From Cetorhinus maximus (Eukaryota), in contig NC_135903.1 in NCBI RefSeq assembly GCF_964194155.1, positions 1,488,001 to 1,552,000 on the forward strand: 64,000 bases of DNA, given 5' to 3'. Of the stretch, positions 1 to 11,731 are shown one piece after another (the first letter of the stretch is position 1; each line of letters begins with the position of its first letter). Below the pieces are notes generated by a model. The model was not told the DNA's origin. It saw only the letters and a list, made by a program, of their open reading frames with translations, and made no database searches. The position numbers and the translations under genes are program-made.

Positions 1-843
1 AATTCATTGGGAAAATGATCTTTAAGTTGTTTGGATATAGAATTGCAAAAATATTGCACCTTGTATAGCTTTGAATAAGTTGTCAGATCATTGATATTTT
101 AATCAAATGACAATGTGTTTGCAGTTTGTCACAGACGCTACTTGTTTTTTAGTTTTTGGAGTGGGAAATGTCAGCAATTTTACTGCAGTAGTGTCTCAGG
201 ATATTGTTTGTCAACACCTCAGAATGGAAATTCCATTTTTAATCCTTCCCTTTGGAAGGGGAAATAATTGGGTATGCTTCCGCAGCATAGAATAAGGTAT
301 AATGTTTTTTTTTCAATAACTATCAAGATTTGTTTTTGCACAAGTAAGTGGAAAATAATGCCAGAACGGCAGGTTTTTAAAAGTAGGTAAACTGAATTTT
401 ACTTGATATGTTGCCATGGACTTTTGACCTTCATGTAAAAGGATGGAATCACAGGTTTTTGTTCATTGGGTTGACCACTATATAATTTTTGTTTCATAAA
501 GATCACTAAGTAGCTATTTGATTTGAGAGCCCTGGCTCTTGAATAGCACTCAACCTACTGGGGCTGAGATCATTGAAGTGTACATAGCCCAGGAGTAAAA
601 CCTGACCAGCCTGAGTGTTGAGGGGTGTGGGTAGTGCTGGGCAGTGGAATGTCACTTCTGGCTTAGTAACATTTAAAACAATTAAGGTCGGCTTAAGGGC
701 AAACCAGCCAAATTATATTTTTCCTCAGCACCAGGTTTTGAACTTAGTTTGGTCTTAAATGATTAAGACAAATAGTAGAAGAAATTTTAATTTGTCTTTT
801 GTCATTGCCTGAAGTTAATACCTGTATCAAATTTCACTTTCAG

Positions 844-995
844 CTGCCTTTCTAACACAGACGGTCTGTTTGGATGATACAACAGTTAAATTCGAGATCT
901 GGGATACTGCTGGGCAAGAGAGATATCATAGCTTGGCACCAATGTACTACAGGGGAGCACAGGCTGCCATTGTGGTCTACGACATAACCAACACA
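844..995 (+). CDS. RAB5C: RAB5C internal coding exon ([50 protein letters not shown])
   Basis: tttcag acceptor ending 843, gtaagt donor at 996; Rab G3 motif WDTAGQE; upstream exon(s) lie outside the window. Confidence 0.96.
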
Positions 996-2004
996 GTAAG
1001 TAATCCCTATTGCTTCCTTTATGTTCTCCAACTGCCCCCCCTCCCAGCCAAAACACCGCCTGTTCCCTCCTGAGCCATGGGTATTCTGCATGCAGAACCT
1101 TCCCAGATGAAATTATAAACTTCCTGAACATCCTGATGTATGGTGCTAAACAGCTTCAGATTTAGGACTTCAGTTCATTTTAGCATGGCTGAAGGCTTCT
1201 GTTAAGCTCCTTGTGTCTCTCAAAGAAACAAAGGACTTTGATATCCAGAAAATGGAAAGCAGCAAAAGGCCTACTGATCCATCCAACTGGTCCCTTGTAA
1301 TGCCTTACATATTGCACTATGTACATTCCCCACCCACCCAGAATCATATAGTTGCCTTTTGTGCACTATTCATGCTTTTAGGTACTAAACCTTAAACAAA
1401 ACAAAATTCTCTGTACATTTAATCTTGTGCCCATTTGTGCAATAAGCTTAAAAAGGGTAAATAATTTGTGTTCAGTTTGGGAAGTGGTGAAAAGGTATGT
1501 TAATACTGCTTTGATGAACAGTAAATTCTCAACTCATTAACGAGGGGAAAATTTGTAAATGCAAATGGTATACCATTAGCCATATTAAATGCTTCCTGCA
1601 AATCAAGTTTTATAATGTCGATTATTTCAGTCTTGCCAATGAAACCTGTTAGTTTGTGAGTTCCACTAAACTTTAAAAAGTGAGCAGGTCTGGAACTTTT
1701 CACAACACTGGTTTGTAAATCTGTATTATATGATGGGGTTTCCCTTCTGATGTTTAACCTCCATTGGGAGTCCTTGCCAAACTGTTAAGTACTTTTTTCA
1801 TTATTTCCTCCATATTTCAAATTGACAAGGAATTCAGACTGGGATGTTTATAAGTACTTGAGCATTTACTTCAAGGCTCATCAGATTTTTGGTTTGCGCT
1901 TGCTATTGCCTACTTGGTGAGAAGTTTCTAGTAACTATGGCTGAGATGGGTGTTGACTTCAATAACTCATTATTAATAATAGTTTCCAGCAAGGCACGAA
2001 GGAT

Positions 2005-2152
2005 TGAATAAGTATTTAAAGAGGAAAAAAATTTTCATAGGGCCATGGAGAAAGCGTGGGCAGGAGTGAGGACTGATTTGCTAGTTCTCTCGAGAGCCAA
2101 CGCAGGCACGATGGGCCGAATGGCAGCCTTCCGTGCCATAACATTCTTATTT
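2005..2152 (+). mobile_element. CR1-type LINE 3' tail fragment (intronic)
   Basis: gcaggcacgatgggccgaatggc stem-loop tail, matching other CR1 3' ends in the window. Confidence 0.6.
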
Positions 2153-2746
2153 CTGCAGGAAAACATTTGGCTTTATTTAAGTGTGTGACTGTGCTGTCAA
2201 GCTCTCTTCTGACTTTTTGATCTGGTTGTGATGACCCTTATCCCCACTTGTTCTGCATGAACAATTTAGAGTCTTGGAACATTTTACTTTGTATGATTTT
2301 CTTTTTTTTAAACAATATTGTTGGCACCTGAGCTTGTAACTGTTCCAATGCTGCCCTAGGGCCATTGAGTAAGTTGTTCATTGTTCAGTCACAAACTTTT
2401 TTTTTGAAGCTGGTTTGATAATGCTATGCATTTTTAGCTAGTAAAAATATTTTCCAAATTAATTATGTTTTTTTTTGCCAGAATAGTCAACTGTTGAGCA
2501 AATTTGGTTGCAAGATGTGCTTTATACCTTGAGCAATTGGGTGGCAGATAACTTAAACCCTGCTGTGTAAGGGAAGAGATTGCTAGTCTGTATAGCTCAG
2601 GAAATTATAAGACACTGCCATTTCCTGTTCAAGTTGACTAGTGATGTTGCTAATACTGTACTACTGGGTATATGCTGGACACTTGGATGAAATCTGTAGA
2701 TCTGCAGCTCAGCTCTAGTAATAAATTTAATGTTTGTATTTTAAAG

Positions 2747-2869
2747 GACACCTTTGCACGAGCCAAGAACTGGGTAAAAGAACTGCAGCGACAAGCCAGC
2801 CCAAATATAGTGATTGCATTAGCTGGTAACAAGGCTGACCTTGCAAATAAGAGAGCTGTAGAATTCCAG
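2747..2869 (+). CDS. RAB5C: RAB5C coding exon ([41 protein letters not shown])
   Basis: taaag acceptor, gtaaac donor; G4 motif GNKAD; DTF..ALAGNK..AVEFQ fits the RAB5C paralogue. Confidence 0.96.
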
Positions 2870-3021
2870 GTAAACATGTGTGCTTCAATTTCCTTCCTTG
2901 TCCCCGTGGTATAAAATGTAGTTCTTGCAGCCCTAATTTATTTTGCATTTAGATGTGTTGGTTGTGCTGGTTATTTGGATGCTGCTGTTTAGAGTTCTGA
3001 TTGCTTTGCTTTGTTTTGCAG

Positions 3022-3115
3022 GAAGCACAAGCATATGCAGAAGACAACAGCTTGCTGTTCATGGAGACATCAGCAAAGACTGCAATGAATGTGAATGAAA
3101 TATTTATGGCCATAG
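3022..3115 (+). CDS. RAB5C: RAB5C coding exon ([31 protein letters not shown])
   Basis: Polypyrimidine-cag acceptor, gtatgg donor; G5 motif ETSAK; frame continues from the previous exon. Confidence 0.96.
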
Positions 3116-3887
3116 GTATGGGAATATTCTTGATGTGCACAGCCAGATTCTCTGAATCGAATGTTTTCTGATTCCCCTGTCCTTTCTAGTTCTTCCTTTT
3201 TGACCATTGCATGTATGCTGTCTTCTCCAACTGTTTTTCCTGTAAGTTGGGCTGTTTTAGCCCTTTTGTACTTCTGTTGACTCATGGCAGAGTTGAGTGT
3301 TAATTTATCTAAGGTGGTAAGTGTAACTGCTTTTAAATGCACTTGACGTTCATTTATTTATCCTCCATGAACAATGAAGGTAGATCACTGGACAATAGCC
3401 CTGCAGGAATTTTCAGCTAACTGAAGTTGAGTCGCCCTCTATTTTAACAACAGGATTTTGTTGCTTTCGCTTAGGAGAAATACTGAATCACTTCTTCAAA
3501 TAAGCTAATTGCAAGTATTAGTCTTTTTGTGGTGGCATGTCATGCATTTATGTTAAACATTAAAAGCTGCTGCAGAAAGGACTTGATTATAATCCAATAA
3601 CCAGTGAAGCCAAATGGTTATGTAGTATTTTAATGTGCTTTAGGTATGCCTGGCATTCTTTGCTTATACTGAAGGGAAATAAAAATTTGAATGTATAAAC
3701 TTTATATCCTGTCCCAGCCTGGAATGTTAATTTTTGATTCTCGTTTTGGCACAGTTTGCACTATTTTGGAATCTACAGTGGACGTTTTTTTCCAAGGAAA
3801 ATCCAAGCCTAAGGAAATATACTGTATTTTAAAAATATAAACTGCTTGTTATTTGACTGAATTCTGGCCATTCTTTCCCTTTGTGTT

Positions 3888-4050
3888 AGCCATGGCATAG
3901 TTGGCAGTACTTTCTCCGTTGAGACAGAGATTGTGGATTCAATTCCCATTCCAGAGATTGGAGAACAAAAATCAAGACTGATGCTCCAGTGCAGAATAGA
4001 GCAAGTGCTGTGCTGTTAGTGGTGCTGTCTTTTGGATGAGGTGGTAAACC
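3888..4050 (+). mobile_element. tRNA-derived SINE fragment (intronic)
   Basis: Degenerate A-box (tggcatagttgg) and B-box (ggattcaattccc) followed by SINE body; a similar sequence is inverted at ~8030-8340. Confidence 0.55.
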
Positions 4051-4508
4051 TCTTGGGGTGGGGGGGAGTGGGGAGAAGATAGTATGCTAAACAAAGTAGC
4101 AAACAGAGACTAAGAATTTTCTTGGAGTTTTAATGCTGTTCTATACTGGTGTGACATTATGGAGGAGGCCAGTAAGTTGGCTTCTTGCATTAAATATATG
4201 TGGTGCTTGAAGTGCAGCCAGAGTCAGGAGGAGGTATCTCCAGGGTGGGTGGAAATCTAAAAGATTTTCCTTAATCTTAGGGCAGGAACAAAAAAAGACT
4301 CATGGCTTTGGGCTATCTTACAGTCTTCAAAAATTTCTTGAGGCCATCACGTTGACCTTGATTTCCGTTTTGGTGTTTCAGGTTCTCGGTATACGGCTAT
4401 AGCCCATAGGGGTCAGCTGAAATCGATTGTGCACAACTGAATTTTTATGTTGTGAATAAGTAAAGTTCTACAATAACCTGCGTCTTTTTCTTTTAAAACC
4501 CTTTACAG

Positions 4509-4624
4509 CCAAAAAGCTGCCGAAGAATGAACCTCAGAATGCAGGTGGAACCTCAGGCCGAACCAGGGGCGTGGACCTCCAGGAGACCAGTCCGCAGAGT
4601 CGGAGCCAGTGCTGCAGTAATTAA
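4509..4624 (+). CDS. RAB5C: RAB5C last coding exon ([38 protein letters not shown])
   Basis: ttacag acceptor; C-terminal CCSN prenylation motif; TAA at 4622-4624. Confidence 0.96.
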
Positions 4625-6641
4625 ATTGGTAACTGGCAGGCGTCTTCACAAAACCCCGACCGGAATCCCTTTTACCACTCGCACTTACCGCAAGAGCGGC
4701 GACAGATCGCCGCATTGATTCTTCACACCACTCCAATCAGATGGGAGGAAATCCGCCAACACTTGCCATATAAAATAAATTTTAAGTCTTAAATCACTTT
4801 TTTAATAGAACCTTTCGCTCTTCCCTTCTAATTCTGGTGGCGGATGCATGCACCAGTTATTTTGACCCAACTTTTTCTGGGCAATTCCTTTGTTTTCAGA
4901 CTCTACAATCTTGTATAATATCCTGGAGAGAAAAGATTTAAAAAAAAATAGATTAGGTGTCTTTTTGTGAAAATCTTCCTAAAGAGCTACTTACATAGTA
5001 CACAGCCCATCTAATAAATGTAACAAATATTAATTTAACATGGGAATCAGCAGTTAAATGTTCGTTCTGACCAAATCTCAATTATGAATTTTGAAAAGAT
5101 TTCTGTATTTGTAATGTAAGTTTTCTTTACCATGTATTCAATGAGTAGACCATTATGTCCATACAGCACCTTCCAATATACCTGTTTTGCTCTTCCTCTT
5201 TGTGTTCAGAAAGCATGGAGTGTTCTTTTTGGTTTCTAGTGTAATGCACTATTCTATTCCGATGTTTGCAATAACTTGTAAATTTTGATGTCCTTGGAGG
5301 TGATGTGATGTCACTAATGTCAGTAATTACAATCTTGCACACTGCTCTGATTTGTGGACCTTGTTCAGTCATGCTGTGACTGTTGGCAGTGAAAGACCGA
5401 GCTTGTGTGTGAGAAGCACCAGTCTGTAATTCAAAGATCTGTAATTTGACAAATAAAAATAGAGGGAGGTATCAATTAATTCCAGTTTGTATTTGTTCTG
5501 TAATGATAAGAGTGTATAGAACTTTTTATTTACCAACTCCCTTGGTTTCGCAGACTTGTAGTAATACAAGTGGCAATTAACCGACAGTATCATTTATGTA
5601 TTGAAGTATTAATTTGACAACTCTGCAAATGCATATGGTGGAACTAATTCTTATAACAATTTGGTATAAAGTATGCTTCACGTGCAGTACTGCACACTGG
5701 AAATGTTAATAGTTAATAACATCTTCAAATGTTGCTGCCAGCTAGCTTGAGAGAAAATGCCTAATGTGACAAGATTGTAAAAGGCTGAGAGAATGGCTTT
5801 TTAAACTGGTAGTGATAATGAAACTTAATTTTGTCCTCCAGCAGAGAGTAATTTCATTTTCACTAACTTCAGTAAGTGGTCCTAGTTCTGAGATGACTTG
5901 CGCTAAGTACAATGCAGATCTCATCCAGCAACTAGTACCTTGCAATATAAATTGCACCATAATCTCAATCTGTAGTTTTCATACGAGTGTATCCTACTGG
6001 TATCAAATGTGGACCTGTACACACTACTGTGCAACAGCCTTTAACATTCTGGAGCTGAGGCACATTTTGATAACTCAGCACTAGTGGTTTAGCATCCCAC
6101 AAATTAGTGCTAATTACTTCTAATAAACTCATCAACTTCAAAAAAAAATGGCTGTATCTATCTTCCTTTTGGTAATGTGAACTTGCAACAAACAAAACCA
6201 TCACAGTTCAAAGTGAGTTGCTGTGGTTTCCTGAATACAACCTAGTTTGAGGGGATTAAACTTACAAAAGACACTCACTTGAGTTTTGAATTGCCTGTGC
6301 AAAAAGCTTGAAGCACTGGAAAGCTTGTCATGGTTATTTTGTCACTTTCAGCACCAGTTTTGTATTTGGCAAAGTTTGTAAGAAATCTGTAACTTAATGG
6401 ATATGGGTCAGAGATCAGTTTAGAAACCTAGCATATTTGTGACGTGCTGGATTGGAAAACAGCAGGTTTCAGGGACAGCACTTAATATTGAACCATCATA
6501 AATCTACCATGCATCTCCCTCTCCCTCTTTCTTGCCCTGCTGCCTCCCCCCCAACCTTTCCCTGTGTGTGTCTCTAACTTTTACAACAGAGAATAAGCTC
6601 TTTAGAAAGTAAAGAGAATATTGCCAAATTATAATTTTGTA

Positions 6642-6647
6642 AATAAA
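6642..6647 (+). terminator. Candidate distal RAB5C polyadenylation signal
   Basis: AATAAA at the end of an ~2 kb AT-rich, repeat-poor stretch after the stop codon; more proximal AATAAA hexamers also exist. Confidence 0.4.
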
Positions 6648-7254
6648 AAATGGTGTTTTAATTGATGGCTAGCGCCTGCTGACTTCACAAGCAACCCAAA
6701 TTAGCTCTTTTACTCTTTTCCAGTAGATAACACAGCCACATAGGGTAACTGACCTTTAGGTTTTTTTAAAATGGCAAAACCCAATATGAGAAATATAGAA
6801 AATTACATAGCCTTTTGATTACGTTGTGACAAAATGACTAGATACCGGTGTCTAATATAAAGCAAAAACTTTTTAAAACCATGTTTTGATTTACAGGAAC
6901 CAGTTTCAAGTTGAGAAAAAGGAACTAGTCAAAATTCTCTTCACTTGGTGCTTTAGTTCAAGGAGATTGACCACAAGATGTTTACAGATGGAAAAGACCA
7001 CTAAACCTATCTTTCATCATTCCAGAAAGCATAGCTTCCTCACTGCAGTGGTCAGATATTAAATTATTCCAGTGCTTCAACCTCCACTCCAATTGGAGGT
7101 GCATTCTGTTTATTAATCACTGTGTGAAGAACTTCTAATACCATTTCTAAATCTGCCTTTAATTGGTTTAAATCTGTGGTGTCTGGTTCTATGCTGTCAA
7201 TTTAAAGTAATTTTCCAAATTTGTTTGTGCTGTTAGATTGTCTTAACTTATATA

Positions 7255-7490
7255 GCCTTCCACAGTCCCAGATGCTCCAAAGTGCTTTACAATCAATGAA
7301 ATACTTGAAGTGTAGTTATATACAGCAAATAACAATGTGATGATGACCAGATTTTTGAATTGAAATATTGACCATGACAATAGGGATAACTTTTAATGAC
7401 CACTGCACATCTCAAAGCACTTTACAGCCAATGAAGTACTTTGGAAGTGTAGCCACTATTGTAATGGAAACCCAGCAGCTAATTCTGGCA
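7255..7490 (-). mobile_element. Two adjacent SINE/L2-tail fragments
   Basis: Duplicated caaag(t/c)(g/a)ctttaca..caatgaa..tact..gaagtgtag motif typical of L2-tailed SINE 3' ends. Confidence 0.45.
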
Positions 7491-8029
7491 GTTAAAACTC
7501 CCAGATAGAATCAACTTGGATAAATACCATCCAGGTTACTTTGAGGAAAGTTGGTATGAGACATTGCTATTGAAAGAGCCTGTTGTTCTGCCATATCATG
7601 GATCTGGGTAAGCTGCGAATGCTAGTCAAAGAACAGACTACAGAACTGTGAAGAAACCTGAAAGACCAGTAAATGATGTGTACTGTTTAACATCCTGGGA
7701 AAGGGAAAAAGGCCCAGTTTGCCAGCAGGAGAAATGAAGAAAATAAGGAAATTGATGGGTTCTGTGTTTTGTTGCTGCTTACAACTTTATATAGCATGAT
7801 TAAATGTCTTGAGGCACTGTGCAGAGCTGTGATCGGTCAGCAATTGCAGGATGATGAGTAAACAGGACAGTGTAAGTTAGGATAGGGGAAACGGAGTTTT
7901 GGATGAGCTCGAGCTCATGAAAGCGTCAATTCTATGGGTGTAAAAAAAAAACTTTAAAGTTCCAAAATCAAAGCTTTTCCTCCTCTTGGATCAAAATCTG
8001 TCATCCTGACCTATTGGCAAGTATAAAAA

Positions 8030-8340
8030 ATGTAGTCACATCAATGTAGGAAATGTGGCAGCCAATTTACAGAGCATGTGTGAAATGTGATAATGACCAG
8101 ATCACCTGCTTTGTTATATCTGTGTAATAAATGTTGATCAGGGCACAGTGAATGACACTTTAAAAAGTGCCATAGGATCTTCAACACCCAGATGAAAGGT
8201 TTAATGTTTCACCTGATCATGCAACATTCCCACAGTACTGTTGTGCTTTCAGCCTACATTATGTCCACAAGTCTCTGGCCTGGGTCATGAACCCATAACC
8301 ACCCCACTCAGGAGACAATGCTGCCACTGAGCCAAGGCTG
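8030..8340 (-). mobile_element. tRNA-derived SINE
   Basis: Reverse complement has tggctcagtgg A-box and ggttcatgacc B-box, then SINE body. Confidence 0.55.
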
Positions 8341-8914
8341 ATATACTAATTATGTTGGGTTTTATGCAAAATATTTATTTCCATCTACAAATCCACTTTG
8401 CAAATGTCAAATTTTACCACTAATTTGGAGGTTGTAGATAAAACTCAAAAGTTTACATTCAAGCTTCTCAAATGCAATGATATCAATCTCATAATTCCAG
8501 TTGCGTCTCATTCCATCTGAGATCCAATGAAGAATGTACCATACAAATCATTTTTCTTCACCAGGCCTATGACTTGACAGCTTATGTGCAATTTGCTCTG
8601 CCACGAAATTGATGTGATCCACTTAGAAAGCTTTGAGCTACTGGTAACATTTCCAGAAATATTGAAGGGAAATCTCCAGGCAACTTTGCAGTCACAATCC
8701 ACTGTCAGTCGTTTTGGCATTTGACAGATTTGATCACGGGTTCAGCACTATTTTCAGTGGTGTATTTGACATCTATTCTTAGAACGTTTAAGTGGTTAGC
8801 AATTGGCTTTTTTTTTTAAAGGCATGTAATGCAATTTGTATTTTTTTTAAAAAATGACTTGCATCTGTGGTAGAAGTTTTGAGGCTTTTGTACTTTTATC
8901 ATCGCCATCTACAT

Positions 8915-9245
8915 TTTAATTCTTTCACAGGATGTGGGCACCACTGGTTAGGCCAGCATTTGTTGCCCATCCCTAATTGCCCTTGGAAAGGTGGTTGTGA
9001 GCCACCACTGCAGTCCATGTAGTGTCGGTCCACCCACAGTGCTGTTAGAGGGGTGTGTAGCTTAGAGGGGAACTTGCAGGTGATGATCATGTTCCCATGC
9101 ATCTGCTGCTCCCCCCCCCCCCCCCACCACCCCCACTCCCACCTTTCAAGGTGGTAGAGGTCACTGCTTTGGAAGGTGCTGTCAGAGAAGCCTTGGTGAG
9201 TTGCTGCAGTGCAGCCTATTTACGGTGCACACTGCTGCCACTGTG
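8915..9245 (-). mobile_element. LINE 3' end fragment interrupted by a poly-C tract
   Basis: Reverse complement gggcaattagggatgggcaacaaatgctggcc..cccacatcc tail; the same tail occurs on + at ~9765-9825. Confidence 0.55.
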
Positions 9246-9629
9246 ACTATATAACCAATTTTAAAGAATGGGATCTCATATTCTCTCTACTCCACACCTA
9301 TAAAAACTGGCTCAGTATAATGAGTCACTGATGCATGTTTATTCCGTGAGCCAGTTGGGCTGCTACCATATATCATTTTCAGGTTGAAGTCACCGTGAGT
9401 AATCGCAGTTGTACTTCATGAACCATAAGCAGTTCCTAATGGGAGCTGTTCCCAAACTGATGCCAAGCTGAATGGCCTGTAATCTAGATGTCCTGTAAAA
9501 AATAAATAAATTTGATGCTTACTGCTCTCTAACTTAGAGTAAACAAAACACTTGGATCTAAAAGTTTGCCCATCTGTCTAAGGATTAGTACAAGTTGATT
9601 TAAGATATTAAAATGAGATTGTCAGCCTG

Positions 9630-10085
9630 TCCCCATGGTTCAAGTGGATGTTAAGGATCCTAAAGCACTTTTTGAAGAGGAGCAGGAACTTACTTCCTAA
9701 CAGCACTGTGTACACCGACACCATGTGGACTGAAGCTGTTCACGAAAACAGCTCACCGCCACTTTCTCAAGGGCGATTAGGAATGGCAATAACTGCTGCC
9801 TGTACCAGCAACATCCCACACATTAATTTAAAAACACAGGGGTTCCCCTGGTCATCATTCCCTTCTCAACTAACACCAGCAGGAAACAAATGATCATCAT
9901 TGCTTTTTGTGTGTTGTTAACTTAGAATGGTTGCCACATTTGCCTGCATTACGATTACTGTACCTCTGTGTAAAATGCTATGTGCAAACTGCATTTTCTA
10001 CGTTACAATGACTACACTCTACAAGCACTTTGGGATATCCTGAGGTGTGAAAGGTGTTATATAAATGCAAGCCTTCATAAATGCA
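9630..10085 (+). mobile_element. SINE fragments with LINE-derived tails
   Basis: SINE body plus gggcgattaggaatggcaataa tail, and an L2-like aagcactttggga..aaaggtgttatataaatgcaag tail. Confidence 0.45.
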
Positions 10086-10609
10086 AGCTTTTGCTATCAC
10101 TTGATTTTCCTTTGATGTTCTCTGACCTATACTAAGTGTTCATAGGTTAACTATAATGAGTTTCATTATATTTGAGATATACTGTGGCACACTGAAATTA
10201 CTTCTGGTTTCATGTGTAGAATTACTGTAGGACCAGTGCATGGAATTTGTTTCAGAACTTATAATTTAGCTATTTCCAGGGAAACTTGCCTGATTAATAT
10301 ACACTCAGCAACAAACAGTCTAACTAATAATTAACTACTGTTGACTTGATTACAAAGTATAGATAGAGCACTATAACATCTGCCTTCCAATCCATGACCA
10401 TGTCTTTGGCCTGTTTCTGACTCTGCACTCAATTTGGTGTTAATGTTGCTTTGGGGCCCTTTCACCTGCTCCTAGTGTTTTCTTTACATTGTCTCGGGAG
10501 AGAATTAAATTGAGGTGGAAAGAGATACAAAGATAGAAAGCAGAGTCAGAACCAAGAGGTGAGGAAGTGTGCTTCTGCTTCAATAATTTCAGTTGGATCA
10601 TTATTGATA

Positions 10610-10890
10610 CTGGAAGGGACATACATTCATGCACAGGGACTCTGCCTGCAAACAAAGGGAATATGTTCAAGCCTTGTGCCTTTTTAAAATTACCTGGGAG
10701 CTTGGGGAGCCTATAGTACCCCGCTGCTTTTTTAATGCAATGCTCTGGCCAATCACAATCGACTTGACAATCAACCAGCACCCTTTTCTCCTGCAGCATA
10801 AATTGTGACTGTTTGAAATTTGGCATTCTTGTGTTTGTCCTGATGAGTGCAAGACAAAAAGATTCAGCAACATGTCTCTCTTTTCAGCGA
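10610..10890 (+). mobile_element. Penelope-like element 3' fragment with decayed hammerhead motif
   Basis: Frameshifted EGTYIHAQG..QREYVQALCLF* resembles the end of a PLE GIY-YIG domain; gtcCTGATGAgtgcaagacAAAA at ~10838-10860. Confidence 0.5.
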
Positions 10891-11649
10891 TATTATTGAT
10901 GTTGTTTGATCAGAAATTGAAAACTCACCATTAGACTGTTTAAAGTATATGTTTAATGTTGCAGAATTCAATTTCAAAAAGTGTATTTAAGAAAAAAAAC
11001 TGAAAAATGACCATGTAAGTTATAAAATGGTCTGCAGTTATAAAATTTGGAGTATCTTTTGAGCTTCAATATAGCTCGCTCGATGAACTGGAAGGGAACT
11101 CTATCACATTCTTGAAGTGGTTTTAACTACATGGTGCTGGCGTGTTGCTGTAAGGAACCAATATTTTTCTCACCTTTAATTTGATGTTGCAGAAGTAATG
11201 CAGAATGGATGATCCCATTGTGTTAATGGACAGACAAGGCAGTGTTCATAACTTTGAGTGGAAACACAGCTGAAGCAGCTTTTTCTGTTTGACTGTATTC
11301 CCCTACGATCTGTAGTCCACCTTAAGTCCCTCTATCTGACAGTTCAAGTCTCATCTGATGTTTGGTGAGCATTCTGACCCCTCACTGAATGGAAAACCAC
11401 TGACTGAAAAAAACTTCAGCCATCGCTGTGGAGCAGAGGCTGACACTTTATGCAAACCAAAGACAGGAACTGCAACTTTTTTTATATTAATAACTACAAG
11501 CATTTCATGTTCCCTTTTTGCACATAGAAGAACTTCAGTTAATATGCACCCTTTAAGTTGGTAGTTTATGGATATAATTTTATTAGCCAATATTGTAAAA
11601 CGCATGCAAACCCTGAGGGTAGATAAATAGAATACATTTCCCAGACATA

Positions 11650-11731
11650 GAGAATGACCACACCCAGAATACTGTGTAGAGTTTTGGTCACCATACTTAA
11701 AGAGGAATATATTTGCATTGGAAGCAGTTCA
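11650..11731 (+). mobile_element. Older CR1 fragment, left part (interrupted)
   Basis: Encodes EYCVEFWSPYLKRNIFALEAV; the sequence resumes at 14619 after the nested insertion. Confidence 0.7.

Noticed and set aside
9111-9140. Poly-C tract
   Set aside because: Simple expansion inside a LINE remnant with no further support for function
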